Shown: one piece after another, positions 14,323 to 26,041 of the stretch
Layout: every line of letters begins with the position of its first letter
How positions within the stretch are numbered: the stretch's first letter is position 1
Assembly (NCBI GenBank): GCA_035221665.1
Contig: CM069131.1
Location: forward strand, 76,012,001 to 76,076,000
Source: Okamejei kenojei
Taxonomy: Eukaryota
Direction: 5' to 3'
Length of the DNA: 64,000 bases
Position numbers and translations under genes: made by a program
The notes under the pieces: generated by a model
The model's database searches: none
The model's input: only the letters and a program-made list of their open reading frames with translations
What the model was told of the DNA's origin: nothing

Positions 14323-14794
14323 GTACGTAATCTGATGCTTTAACTCGTGCCCCTCTGGATTAGTAAAACATTTCCACAATTTAAAATCCACAGAGTTTTA
14401 GTTCCTATGCCTAGGAGCTGTCCACTATTAGATGACTAAAATGTAAAGTATATTTGGCTAAGGGTATTGTTTAAATGACTATTGATATTCTTCAATGGAA
14501 GAGTGGATGTTTTGCCAATGGACTAATGCAAAATGTAGAATTTTACATAATTTTGACCAGAAGTACTGCATTTGATCCCTGATCCATTTGGAGCACAGTT
14601 TAAAAGGGATTATCAGCTCTTTGAAACCTTCATTAATCATGAGTGTTAATACACCATTAAATCTTTAGGGTAGAATATATAAATAGCACACACCTTCTGC
14701 CACAGCCCTTTCAGCATCTGACATGCTGTAGAGCGCTATCTAATCTTTTCTCATGGCTCCTTTCTCAGCCCCACTAGATTTCTCCAATAGCATA

Positions 14795-15070
14795 AAGTGG
14801 CACAGCTGGTAAGAGTCACTGCCTCACAGCACTAGAGAGCTGAGTTCACTCCTGACCTCTGCTGCTGTCTGCGCAGAGTTTGCACGTTCCCCTTGTAACT
14901 GCTGGATTTCCTCCCACTTCACAGAGATGTGTAGATTGGCAGATTAATTTGGCCAAGGTAAATTTGGCCATGAATTGTAGGTGAGTGGTACAATCTAGGG
15001 GGATTTGATGAGAATGTAGAATGGTAGGCTGACAGTTGGCATCTGGGTAAGCTCAATGGCCCGTTTCCAT
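14795..15070 (+). mobile_element. tRNA-derived V-SINE (HE1-like)
   Basis: tRNA-like head, gagtttgcacgttc V-domain, ggcccgtttccat tail. Confidence 0.65.
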
Positions 15071-15769
15071 GTCAACTCCAGCACAGCCAAATAGAAGGTG
15101 AAATCTGGTGAGATAAAATAGTCATCAGCTCCTTCCATTAGTAGGAAATTTCACCTAACGATCAAGCTTGGAAGTTAGTAACCATTAGTGCCAATAATTA
15201 AACCATTGAAATGTGTGAGAAATCAAGAATCAAACTGCCAGAGGCCTAGTATTGAAGGTGGTGTTTGGAAGAATGAACTAACAAGCAGCTTGTTGTCCCA
15301 TCTAACTTAAAATTAAATTGAACTATAAATAGCAAAAAGTAGACTCTTGGAAGAATTCAGCAGGGCAGGCAGCATCAGTAGAGACAAAGGATTGGTTGGC
15401 ATTGTGATTCGAGGCTCTGCATGAGGACAGAAAATGCAGTGCTTTTTTTTCCCCCCAATTTCCGGCTTATGCAGTTTCTTGTGTATCTTTTATCATCAGT
15501 GGTTTTGACAGTAATGTTTTGGAAGAAAAAGTATGTGGTGAGAAGACCGAGCGCTAAGAACATTAGATTGTCAAGATAGGTTGTCTCATTCATGGCAGAG
15601 ATGCCATAGTAGAGCGAGTCTCAATACCCTTCATTTAGAGGAACCAGGCTTGCTTTTTCCATGTTATCTATTGACATACTGAAAGTGTGTGGCTACTGTC
15701 GAGCATATTATTGGGAACATATGTACTGATATCCTATGGCCACCAGTACCAGAATAAGTAGACTATTAG

Positions 15770-16115
15770 TTGAGAGAGATACACTGAAGAAACAGGCTCT
15801 TTGGCCCACCAAGTCCATGCCGACCATCAATTACCTATATACTAATTTTATCTTATCCCACTTTTGCAACCTACACACAAGGGACAATTTACAGAAGCCA
15901 ATTAATATATAAACCTGCACATTTTTTGAATGTGGAAGGAAACCAGAGCACCCGAACCCTAACCCACATGGTCACAGAATGTACAAACTCCACTCAATCA
16001 GCACCTGCAGTTGGCACCCAAAGATGCTGCCTGGCCTGCTGAGTTAATCCAGCATTTTGTCTACCTGTAATAGGGATCGAACCAGTGACTGGCACTGAGG
16101 CACCAGCTCTGCCAC
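15770..16115 (-). mobile_element. V-SINE (HE1-like)
   Basis: aaacaggctctttggccc...tgtacaaactccac pattern. Confidence 0.65.
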
Positions 16116-16267
16116 ATATGAAAAACTTAGAGGTCAAATAACATTTAAAGATTTAAACCTGAGTGAGCACATACAAAAAGAGAAAATTGGAGAAGGGAAA
16201 AAATGTTTTCAAAAATGATCATTTTAAGTATCTTGTTGAAACATTAATTATGTTTCTGATGTTACAG

Positions 16268-16606
16268 AATTTGTTAAATGAAAAGCGTCGACTCTTGACC
16301 AGTCAGCATGAGGATGCAAAAGAACTGAAGGAGAACCTGGATCGCAGAGCACGTGTGGTCTTGGCTATCCTGGAGAACTACTTGACCGCAGAACAACTCG
16401 ACGACTACCAGCACTTTGTGAAGATGAAGGCGGCCCTTCTGATGGAGCAGCGGGAGCTGGATGACAAGATCAAGCTGGGTGATGAGCAGCTCAAGTGTTT
16501 GTTGGAAAGCCTACCTGCTGACTTCGTATCGCGAAGGACGGCTCCTTCACCCACCAGCCACTCCCAGCCTAGCACCTCACAGCAGAAATTTACCTCTCCC
16601 CTTTAA
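16268..16606 (+). CDS. SHROOM3: SHROOM3 terminal coding exon (...[15 protein letters not shown]...YQHFVKMK...CLLESLP...FTSPL*)
   Basis: Acceptor gttacag|, TAA at 16604-16606; C-terminal TSPL resembles SHROOM3 rather than other Shrooms; adjacent to SOWAHB. Confidence 0.93.
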   Translation, partial: NLLNEKRRLLTSQHEDAKELKENLDRRARVVLAILENYLTAEQLDDYQHFVKMKAALLMEQRELDDKIKLGDEQLKCLLESLPADFVSRRTAPSPTSHSQPSTSQQKFTSPL

Positions 16607-16653
16607 AATGAGAGTAAGGGATTCTTTTTTTCAGGTTTTAATAGTAAACATTC

Positions 16654-16659
16654 AATAAA
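16654..16659 (+). terminator. Candidate proximal polyadenylation signal for SHROOM3
   Basis: AATAAA about 50 nt after the stop; the repeat-poor sequence to ~18700 suggests a longer UTR is also possible. Confidence 0.3.
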
Positions 16660-18967
16660 CATGAATATCAGAAACAACATATTTAAAGTGCTCTGAGTTT
16701 TAAAGAAACAATGGCTAACATGGTTTGGCCAGAAGATACTCCTCATGGGAACATACCCACATGCAAGTCTACATCAGCACTACACTTGAAAATTCCCATG
16801 GAGAGAAGAATCTTTTCAAAAGTAATGTTTTTTAAAAAAGCACCCCATGAAGGAAAACAGCAGGGTAAAAGATCTCTGCGTAAAAGATATTTTAAAAGCA
16901 ATAAGAAACTGTTTTGTAGCCTTGCCAATAACTTCAGAGAATTACTACTATTTATAATTTTGAAGTATAAGATTCTGTACATACACTAACCTTTCGTGGT
17001 TCTATTGTGTAGGGGGAAAAAAGTCTAATTTTGTAAGAAAATCACTTTTGGAGAGAAATACAACCCAGATCACAAACACTGATTGTAATCTACTGAGTTT
17101 TTGCTTTTCTATTAACAATGAAGGACTTCGGATCACCGGGAACAGAGGAAGCTGAAGATGAACAATCATTTTTGTACCAAATGCTGATAAATTCTTTCAA
17201 AATATGATGAGTTTCCACTTTTAACTCTGTCAGTAACTTTCACTTTTCAAAACAATGTTGTAAACTAAAGGAATTTATACATTTTTGTCCTGATGTTTGA
17301 TGGTTAGATATGACCCCCAGTAGCTGGGTAATCACCCTTCTGTACAGCTGGCAGAAATTATTGCCTGGCATTGCTCTCCAGGACAGTACGGCATGAGTTC
17401 CTCCAGTGCCCTCATTATTTATACCAAGGTCAGGCAATATTGAAATATGTAGAATACTGATTTGTTTCTGAAGTGCCCTCCGTGAATGAAGGAACTCAAA
17501 ACTGGTACACGATGCAACCGAAGCTCTCCTGTCTTCAGAGTTCCCGATTCTATCTGCGTAATGTGATGTTAATTGTAGTGTTGGAAAAGCAGTTTACAGT
17601 GCAGATGAGCACAGCTCCACCCACAGAGCCCTATTTATGTGGGTTTCCTAATGCATTGGATGTTGGGTACAACCTAAAGCTTCTGTAACACTTTTTTCTC
17701 TTTTTTAAATATTCCGATTTCTCAATATAATGGGCTGTATGTACACCACCGTACCAAATACTAACTTTCTGAAGAGCAGACCCTGAGATGGAAGATGCGT
17801 TAAAAATCTTCATTACTTGACTGCTGTCAGATCCAGGTTTTATCTTATTTTAAGCTTTGTTGTGGCATCTGATGAAAACTTTTTTTTTTGTAATTAATAA
17901 TGTTTCATGCTCCACTGTAATGCCAACTTTTTTTATTCAGAGGACAATGACTTTTCAATCACGACTTGGTCACAGCTGTACTCATTCAATGTTTGCCAGT
18001 CAATCCGAGTCTTTGCCCAGACGGTGATGTGAAACACGTTCCATGGCTTCTCACAAATCAGCCTGTAGTGCAGTATGTGAAATGAATCCTTTGCCAAACT
18101 TCTCACAGTCATATGTGTTCTTGACCAGAAATCATGACATTGAAGCTTGCACCCCACTTATTGCTGCAGACAATAAAAATGATGAGTGTCAGCACTGGCC
18201 TGTGTGTTTTTCTTTCTACATTAATAACCGTGGTCTTATGGAGCAGCAACGTTGTGTTAGAGTGCATTTAACACATTTACCAGGATAATCTCAACTTCTC
18301 TTTCTGTGAAACATAATATTCAGATAATCAATAATGAGCCCTATGTAACATCACCACCTTTATGAATGGTTACCATGCACTTATGGACTTTATCCCTAAT
18401 AATTGGAGATTGTGGTTATTAATTATTAATATTCTATCAATAATAATAGAAATACCAGCAATTCCAAGTGTACATGTGAGTGAATACTGAAATCCCAGAA
18501 AGACCTTGCCAATGTTTTCCCAACCGTGCTCCAAAGCAGACTTGGACCATGTTCCAGAACTGCAGTGCTGCTCAGTGTAGAGATTAATAGCTGTGAAGAA
18601 CTTGAGTAAGCTTTAGTTACCTTCCATTTCATTGTTTATTTAGAAACTTTGATTTTTTTTCCCCCCCATCTTAAATGAATTTCATTTTTGATGTGTTTTT
18701 CTAGTCTCTAAATGTTTGTCCTTCAAAGACATTACAACCGATTGATAGCCAGGTAGGCCAGGGGTGTGACTTCTCTGCCTTCTAAAGTTTTCTTCGGTAT
18801 TGATGGGCAGCTTGTTCTGGCCCTTGCCACCCTTTCTATGCAACAAGATTTGAGTGGAAGACTTTGCATGGTGCATGCCTCATCATATAGCTCATCTGGA
18901 CAAGCTGACTGCAGGAGATCCGCACAGGTAAGTGATCCTTTCTCCATGGCAGCATCGAGGGTGTGTG

Positions 18968-19170
18968 TTTAGTTCAGAGATACAACGCGGAAACAGGCCC
19001 TTCGGTTCACCGAGTCCACGCCGACCAGTACGAGGGCAATTGACCTACAAGCCTGTGCGTGTTTGGAATGTGGGAGGAAACTGAAGATCCGTACAGACAG
19101 CACCTGCAGTTGGGACCAAACCCAGGTCTCTGGAGCAGTGAGGCATCAACTCTACCGCTGCACCACTGTG
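18968..19170 (-). mobile_element. V-SINE (HE1-like), internally deleted
   Basis: ggaaacaggcccttcgg...tgtgggaggaaac...ctctaccgctgcaccac. Confidence 0.7.
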
Positions 19171-19720
19171 CTCACATCTGGTGTAAGAGTTTATTCCCCA
19201 GTGGTTTTTTTAAAGGGATAATTTGGGTAAAAGTTTAATATTGCATAGTGTTACAGTAAAGGAATCAGGCAGTTTTTGCCGGTTCTGCAGGCAGTAACGG
19301 GTGTAAAATCAACATGTCTTTACCCAGAGATTGGTTAAAGTAGACCATCCCTGGCACAAATAGTCTTGAAATAGCCAACTACCGTGAAAAGGTGATTAAT
19401 TACTTTAAGTGGAACGATTTTAAGGGAGTTCAGCAGATGATGAAGTTATTAGTCTGAAGAAGGGTCTCGACCCGAAATGTCACCCATTCCTCTCCAGAGA
19501 TGCTGCCGGTCCCGCTGAGTTACTCCAGCATTTGTGTCTACCTTCAGCAGATGATCTCCATTTGAAAAGTGAAGCCAACTATACACACGGTAAGATGTTA
19601 ATGCTTTTCTGGCTGTCACTGTAGACTTCTCTTGAAGTTATTAATACCCTTTTAAAACATGTCTATTACCATTGTAAATATCAATGACAGGGATAAGCAT
19701 TCTGCAAAGTCACGTAATTA

Positions 19721-21751
19721 AAGTGCCCTCCATAATGTTTGGGACAAAGACCCATCATTTATTTATTTGCCTCTACTCCACAATTTGAGATTTGTAATAG
19801 AAAAAAAATCACATGTAGTTAAAGTGCACATTGTCAGATTTTATTAAAGGGCATTTTTATACACTTTGGTTTCACCATGTAGAAATTACAACTGTGTTTA
19901 CACATAGTCGTCGTGTCCCCCCCCCCCCCCCCCAAATTTCAGAGCACCATAATGTTTGGGACGCATGGATCACAGGTGTTTGTAATTGCTCAGGTGTGTT
20001 TAAATGCCTCCTTAATGCAGGTATGTGAGATCTCTCAGCACCTAGTCTTTCCTCCAGTCTTTCCATCACCTTTGGAAACTTTTATTGCTGTTTATCAACA
20101 TGAGGACCGAAGTTGTGCCAATGAAAGTCAAATAAGCCTTTATGAGACTGGGAAACAAGAATAAAACTATTAGAAACATTAGCCAAACCTTAGACTTATC
20201 AAAATCAACTGTTTAGTAACATCAATAATAAGAAGAGAGCACTGGTGAGCTTACTATTTGCGAAGTGACAGGCAGGCCAAGGAAGACCTCCACCGCTGTT
20301 GACAGAAAAATTCTCTCTATAATAAAGAAAAATCCCCAAACACCTGTCCGACAGAAACACTCTTCAGGAGTCAGGTGCGGAGTTGTCAATGACCACTGTC
20401 CGCAGAAGACTTCAGTATACAGAGGCTACACTGCAAGATGTAAACCACTGGTTAAATGCAAAAATAAAATGGCCAGGTTACAGTTTGCCACGAAGTGCTT
20501 AAAACATAGAAACATAGAAATTAGGTGCAGGAGCAGGCCATTCGGCCCTTCGAGCCTGCACCGCCATTCATTATGATCATGGCTGATCATCCAACTCAGT
20601 ATCCTGTACCTGCCTTCTCTCCATACCCCCTGATCCCTTCAGCCACAAGGGCCACATCCAACTCCCTCTTAAATATGGCCAACGAACTGGCCTCAATTAC
20701 CTTCTGTGACAGAGAATTCCACAGATTCACCACTCTCTGTGTGAAAAACGATTTTCTCATCTCGGTCCTAAAAGACTTCCCCCTTATCCTTAAACTGTGA
20801 CCCCTTGTCCTGGACTTCCCAACAATCTTCCTGCATCTAGCCTGTCCAACCCCTTAAGAATTTTGTAAGTATGAGATCACCCCTCAATCTTAAAAGATCA
20901 ACTGCAGTTCTGGGAAAAGGTCTTGTGGACAGATGAGACAATGAGTGATGGCAAGAGCAAAGTATGGAGGAGAGAAGGAACTGGCCAAGATCCAAAGCAT
21001 ACCACCTCATCTGTGAAACACGGTGGTAGGGGTATTATGGGCTGGGCATGTATGGCTGTTGAAGGTACTGGCTCATTTATCTTCACTGATGATACAACTG
21101 CTGATGGTAGTAGCATAATGAATTCTGAAGTATAGACACATCCTATCTGCTCAAGTTCAAACAAATGTCTCAAAACTCATTTGCCGGCAGTTCATTCTAC
21201 AGCAAGACAATGATCCCAAACATACTTCTAAAGCAACAAAGGAGTTTTTCAAAGCTTAAAAAATGGTCACGAGTGGCCAAGTCAATCACCAAATCTGAAC
21301 CCAATTGAGCATGCCTTCATATGCTGAAGAAAACAACTGAAGGGGACTAGCCTGCAAAACAAGCATAAGCTAAAGATGGCTGCAATACAGGCCTGGCAGA
21401 GCATCACCAGAGAAGACACCCAGCAACTGGTGATGTCCATGAATCACAGACTTCAAACAGTCATTGCATGCAAAAGATATGCAACAAAATAATAAACATG
21501 ACTACTTTCATTTACATGACATTGCTGTATCCCAAACATTATGGTGCCCTGAAATGGGGGGACTATGTATAAACCCTGCTGTAATTTCTACATGGTGAAA
21601 CCAAAATGTATAAAAATGGCCTTTATTAAAATATGACAATGTGCACTTTAACCACATGTGATTTTTTTTCTATTACAAATCTCAAATTGTGGAGTACAGA
21701 GGCAAATAAATAAATGATGGGTCTTTGTCCCGAACATAATGGAGGGCACTG
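19721..21751 (+). mobile_element. Tc1-family transposon with long IR/DR terminal repeats and a pseudogenised DD34E transposase; carries a CR1 3' fragment (-, ~20505-20888)
   Basis: TA|aagtgccctccataatgtttgggac ... gtcccgaacataatggagggcactg|TA; GRPRKT, WTDET, QQDNDPKH, SPNLNPIEH; cttaaaa on both sides of the CR1 insert. Confidence 0.92.
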
Positions 21752-22329
21752 TATGCACTTGAAGAGCAAATTATAATAAAACCTACAAATGTTGTTGGCT
21801 CAGTGGTGTTTAGACGTGCACTTGCTTGCATGAAAAGGGCTTTTGCACGATAGATTATTATCAACCAAGCATCCAAAAAGCACTTTACAATGTATCCAGC
21901 AATTCTAAGATGGGCTTAACCAAGCAGGTTGAACCAATCAGCTTAAAATGTTATTACATTGTTGGTGTCTGATTGCTCAGCGAATCCAATATTTTGACAA
22001 TTCTAGTTCAGACTTAGCGCCAACTTCAATGATTTAATGATACTTTATTGTCACGTGTACCTAGGTACAGTGACATGCTTTGTTATGCATATGACCGGGT
22101 AACTATAATATAACGGACCTCACCTGGGCAGTACAGAAGAGTTGCCACATTTCTGGTGATGACAAAGTTACAATAGTTGATCTGATAAAAGTGATGAATT
22201 GGAAATGTTTGATTCTCTTGTCACACCTGCTCTCTAGCCTGCTAAGTATTTTCAGCACTACTTATTTTTATTTTAACATTAGTTCAAATTCTGAAGTAAA
22301 AACAAGCTTGTCCACTCAGTGAAAATAAT

Positions 22330-23250
22330 TGATAGAGGTAAAAAATAGCTGAACTTTAGCACTAATCCAGTCACAGTCTGTCAACATAAGAAAGATCTGA
22401 CTATTCCCACTATTTACTTTGTCTCATAACCATTCTCAATCCATAAGTGCATTTGGTCACAATTCCATATGCTTCAACCTTGTTGACCAACCTGTACCGG
22501 ACATCAACAACCTCCTTAACATCCAAATTCACCATATACACTGGTTTCCTTATCAATACTTCCTACCTAAGAATTCCAACAGATTGGCCAAATATGTTTC
22601 TTTCATAAATCCATGGTGACTGCTCAGTCCTATTTTTTTTCAACACTTGTTATTGCATCATTTATAGTAGATCCCAAGATTTTCCTTGGCTCTGAGGTTA
22701 GGCTAACAAGTCTGCAGTTTCCTGTGTTTCCTTTCCCCTTCCTTAAATAGCAGGGTCATGTCTCCTATCGTTCCATACACAGGAACATTTCATGAATGTA
22801 GAGAATTTTGGGAGGTGATAACTGGAGCATTCATTATCTCGGTAGCCACGTCTGTCAAATCTCCAGGATGTAGATTGTCAAATCCATGGGATTTACCAGC
22901 TTTTAGTCCCGCCAAACATTATCTAGAACTCTTAATAATAATCCCTTCAATTTGGCTTCCCTGCCAGACCACTCTGGTATTTCTCGCAGTTTTGTGTCTC
23001 TTCTGTGAACACAGACAAGGTAGTTATTCAATTCTTGTCTTCTTTTCCTTATTACCTCTTCTCTTTAAGACACACATTTACTCTCGCTAGTATTTTCTTT
23101 TACACATACCTTTAAAAGCATACATGTCTATCCTATAAAACCTCTGACTGTTTGCTTTTATGTTTCTTGCCAATTTAGTCTCATTTTGCATTTTCTAATT
23201 GATTTCTGAGTTCCTTCCTGAGTTCCAAAATGCTCGCAAATCCTCAGGCC
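22330..23250 (-). mobile_element. Old degenerate CR1-type LINE
   Basis: Reverse-strand remnants of K.PG.D.L.P and QHGF.K motifs. Confidence 0.5.
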
Positions 23251-23294
23251 CATTGTTATTTCTGGTAAGTTTTCCTGTTTAATTTTTTTTCTAG

Positions 23295-23605
23295 TTTAGC
23301 TTAGATATACAGTGCGGAAACAGGTCCATCAGCCCACCGAGTCTACGCCGACCACATTCCCCACATATTAACGTTATCGCCTACACACACTAGGGACAAT
23401 TTTTATATTTTACTAAGCCAATTTACTCACAAACCTGTACGTCTTTGGAGTGTGGGAGGAAACCGAAGATCTCGGCGAAAACCCACACGGTCTCAGGGAG
23501 AATGTTAAACTCCGTATAGACAGCATCCGTGGTCAGGATGGAACCCGGGTCTGAAGTGCTGCAAACGTAGTAAGGCAGCATCTCTACCGCTGCACCACCG
23601 TGACG
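23295..23605 (-). mobile_element. V-SINE (HE1-like)
   Basis: gcggaaacagg...gtgtgggaggaaaccgaagatc...ctctaccgctgcaccaccgtg. Confidence 0.75.
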
Positions 23606-24487
23606 CCTATTAATTTTTTTCTGCAGATTGTCATTTTATTCAAATGATAGCCACCAAACCTTTCAATATAATATCCCAAACATTCACAGCCAATTTTTCT
23701 CTCATTCGTTCATAGTTTCCTTTGAGTTAAGACTATAGTTTTGTTCACTTTCAAATCCCACATAAATTTCTATCATGTTCTGATCAGATTGATGGTGATC
23801 CCATTACACAGAATGAGAACTAAAATAACCTTTTCCCTATTATAAAAAGCAGACAATGCTGGAAATACTCAGCAGATTTGGCTGTGGATGTGGGAAAAGA
23901 AGTAGTTAACTTTTCAAATCGGAGACCCTTTGTTATTCTCCCATCTTCCCCCACCTTCCTGCAGCTTCTCGCCATCCAGGCCTGACAAACAGTCTCAGAA
24001 CTGAAACACTAGCTCTGTTTCTCTTTCCACAGATACAGCTTGACCAGCTGAGTGTGTCCAGCATTTTCAGTATGTACCATTTTCAGCACCTACACTTATT
24101 TTAATTTTCCTTGCCTTTTCTATCATCGTTTGCCTCTGCATATTGACCTGGAAAAGCATTTAATGTGTTTGTCTTGCTACTTATTGCTGCCGATTGTGTT
24201 CGTCTGCTCTTAATGTAAATTCAAATCTCCTACATTTACTGTTTAACCCCTATTCCATACTCCAAATTTCCTGCTATGCATATTTTTTTATGCTCTGCCC
24301 AATATAATAACTTTGATTTGATGGCTGATAAACAATTCCAACCCAATGTTTTCTGCCCTTTAAGTTTGACACCATGATCCACTGAGCCATGATCATCTTG
24401 TCATCACTGTACTGATCTTGCCCATTATTTCTATCACCACCTCTTTCTTCTTTTCATGCCTGAATGTCAAATATCCTTGATGCCATG

Positions 24488-24946
24488 GGGTACACAAAAA
24501 GCTGGAGAAACTCAGCGGGTGCAGCAGCATCTAAGGAGCGAAGGAGATAGGCGACGTTTCGGGTCGAGACCCTTCTTCAGACTGGTCAGGGATCAGGGAA
24601 ACGAGAGATATAGACGGTGATGTGGAGAGATAAGGAACAATGAATGAAAGATATGCAAAAAAGTATCGATGATAAAGGGAACAAGCCATTGTAAGCTGTT
24701 TGTGGTGTGAAAATGAGAAGCTGGTGCGACTGGGGTGGGGGAGGGAGATAGAGATAGAGGGAATGCCAGGGCCCGAGGGCTGAGGGAGAGGTGGGAAGGG
24801 GAGGAGACAGCAAGGGTTAACAGAATTGAGAAAATTCAATGTTCAAGCCCAAAGGATGCAGACTCCCCAAGCGGAATATGAGGTGCTGTTCCTCCAGCTT
24901 GCGGTGTTGCTCACTCTGGCCGTGGAGGAGGCCCAGGAATGTGATC
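24488..24946 (-). mobile_element. Penelope-like 3' fragment
   Basis: Near-identical to 11140-11590; atccttgatgccatg duplicated at 24473-24487 and 24947-24961. Confidence 0.85.
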
Positions 24947-25079
24947 ATCCTTGATGCCATGATCACATTGAATGGCGGTGTTGGCTCGAAGGGCCGAATG
25001 GCCTACTCCTGCACCTATTGTCTACTACCTAGTCAGCTCCCAGCTTTTGTCACTCTCCACCCACTTATCAATAATAGCA

Positions 25080-26041
25080 TTCCCCCACTCGCAAACAGGG
25101 CAGAGTCCCCCTGGTCCTCACCTTTCACCCCACCAGCCGGCAAATACAACATATAGTCCTCCGCCAGTTTCGCCACCTCCAACGTGACCCCTCCACCCGC
25201 CACATCTTCCCATCTCCCCCCCTGTCTGCCTTCCGCAAAGACCGCTCCCTCCGCAACTCCCTTGTCCATTCTTCCCTCCCCTCCCACTCTACCCCTTCCC
25301 CGGGCACTTTCCCTTGCAACCGCAAGAAATGCAACACTTGTCCCTTCACCTCCCCCCTCCACTCCTTTCAGGGACCCAAGCAGTCCTTCCAGGTCCGACA
25401 GAGGTTCACCTGCACCTCCTCCAACCTCATCTACTGCATCCGCTGCTCCAGATGCCAGATGATCTATATCGGTGAGACCAAGCGGAGGCTTGGCGATCGC
25501 TTCGCCGAACACCTCCGCTCGGTCCGCAATAACCAACCCGACCTCCCGGTGGCTCAGCACTTCAACTCCCCCTCCCATTCCACATCCGACCTCTCGGTCC
25601 GGCCTCCTCCACGGCCAGAGTGAGCAACACCGCAAGCTGGAGGAACAGCACCTCATATTCCGCTTGGGGAGTCTGCATCCTTTGGGCTTGAATATTGAAT
25701 TTTCTCAATTCTGTTAACCCTTGCTGTCTCCTCCCCTTCCCACCTCTCCCTCAGCCCTCGGGCCCTGGCATTCCCTCTATCTCTATCTCTCCCCCACCCT
25801 AGTCGCACTAGCTTCTCATTTTCACACCACAAACAGCTTACAATGGCTTGTTCCCTTTATCACCGAACTTTTTTGCATATCTTTCACTCATTGTTCCTTA
25901 TCTCTCCACATCACCGTCTATATCTCTCGTTTCCCTGATCCCTGACCAGTCTGAAGAAGGGTCTCGACCCGAAACGTCGCCTATCTCCTTCGCTCCTTAG
26001 ATGCTGCTGCACCCGCTGAGTTTCTCCAGCTTTTTGTGTAC
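25080..26041 (+). mobile_element. Penelope-like element fragment (GIY-YIG plus terminal repeat)
   Basis: Same family as 11103-11953; TSD tatcaataatagca at 25066-25079 and 26042-26055. Confidence 0.9.
25951..25978 (+). ncRNA. Minimal hammerhead-ribozyme-like core in the Penelope terminal repeat
   Basis: CTGAAGA-agggtc-tc-gaccc-GAAACGTC: conserved boxes and stem II are present; stems I and III are very short. Confidence 0.55.

Noticed and set aside
14795-14870. tRNA gene
   Set aside because: Degenerate tRNA-derived SINE head followed by a V-domain.
8799-16267. ORF-track start codons for SHROOM3 pieces (8799, 14152, 16163)
   Set aside because: They are intronic or internal; splice sites define the true exon boundaries.
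18848-18928. Exon-like segment ending in CAG|GTAAGT
   Set aside because: It lies after the SHROOM3 stop, has no homology and no partner exon was identified.
25033-25656. 207-aa and similar antisense ORFs (also 11477-11971, 9941-10432, 61441-62058)
   Set aside because: Shadow frames of Penelope, CR1 or pol coding sequence.
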